DNA of 64,000 bases, taken from the NCBI RefSeq assembly GCF_006345805.1, contig NC_043004.1:36022001-36086000 (forward strand), in the 5' to 3' direction. Origin of the DNA: Octopus sinensis. Lineage: Eukaryota. Positions 63,046 to 64,000 of the stretch are shown here, piece after piece. A program made the position numbers and the translations under genes. Under the pieces are notes generated by a model, which saw nothing but the letters and a program-made list of their open reading frames with translations, was not told where the DNA came from and did no database searches. Numbering within the stretch: position 1 is the first letter of the stretch; the number at the start of each line of letters is the position of its first letter.

Positions 63046-64000
63046 TGTAGTGTTTGATAAGAATGGTTAAACCTTTTGGTACAGTATTTCTGTTAAAATA
63101 CACATTCTTTGTTTCAATTGCATATGTTTCGGCCCTTAACCCTTGATACTCTAGGGAATTCAGGCTATATCCAGACCATAACTCCTGGACATCCCTCTGC
63201 TGTCACATTTTGTGCTGCTCTTTGCATTGAAACCCTTTTAAGATGCCCAAGAGCCAAGGCTCCTTGGGTGTTGTAACTGGTTCAGTCTAAGACCCCAGTT
63301 GACTCTAGGGTAAATTACAACCATGGAATTCGCATTTTTATTCCATCTTGACCAGATCCAGATGGGACTTTTCTTTAACATGAAATTGTGATTGAAGGTC
63401 TTCATTGAACTCATTTTAAAACAGAAAGTTTGTATCACAGAACCAGAAGCAGTTTCAGGTGAGTTTATATCAAAAAGGATGGGTAAGGCTTGGTGAAATT
63501 CGCTAAAGTTGTGCAGTGTTTAATGTAAAAAATGTCTAATAAGAAAAAGCAGGCAGTGTAATGTTTGCTAGGTGGCGCTGCTGCAGAATGTTTAATGGGA
63601 AAAGAAGGCAGAGTAATATGAGACTCAGTAAGCAACAAAATATACTAGAGAAGAAATATTATCTCCAAACCACACATTTCTGCCATTGAATTTTGACAAC
63701 AATAGACATAAATTATATTTAATTTATTTCCTATTGCACAGGAGATATCACCTGGTGACTGAACATTGGTGAAGAGGAGGGGAGCTTGTTATTGATACTA
63801 TCATAAGAAATAGATACTTCACGATAAAATAAATATGATATTATTAAAAAAAAAAATGATGTAGAAAGAATATTTACTGATACAGAGAAATATGTTATAT
63901 ACGAAAAACAGCTTTAATTCAAATGTTAAATGTTATCATGGTGAGGAAGAACAGAATAATATAATTCTCAAATTTTTCCTTCCTTCCATTTTTATGGGGA

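Overview
AT-rich eukaryotic DNA dominated by microsatellites and transposon relics. The repeat landscape (tRNA-headed SINEs, RTE 3'-UTR copies with (GAT)n tails, (TA)/(TG)/(TACA)/(TAA)n tracts) most resembles an octopus/coleoid cephalopod genome; this is an inference from recalled repeat families, not a database result. I recognise no intact conserved host gene, rRNA, true tRNA or CRISPR array, and most ORFs in the track are translations of simple repeats. Supported content: Penelope-like element (PLE) fragments, including one RT-thumb + GIY-YIG fragment and a ~850-bp tandem terminal repeat; RTE-type LINE relics; a stack of R4/Dong-type RLE LINE fragments separated by (TAA)n; several SINE families; mariner, pogo and hAT relics; and non-autonomous Helitron-like elements. 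The most notable signal is a cluster of type-I hammerhead ribozyme folds in the first 17 kb, folded by eye: two with canonical cores, two with a compensatory U3-A8 core, two with G12A, plus several decayed ones. Three long fold-back palindromes and some low-confidence, phase-compatible plus-strand exon candidates are also reported.
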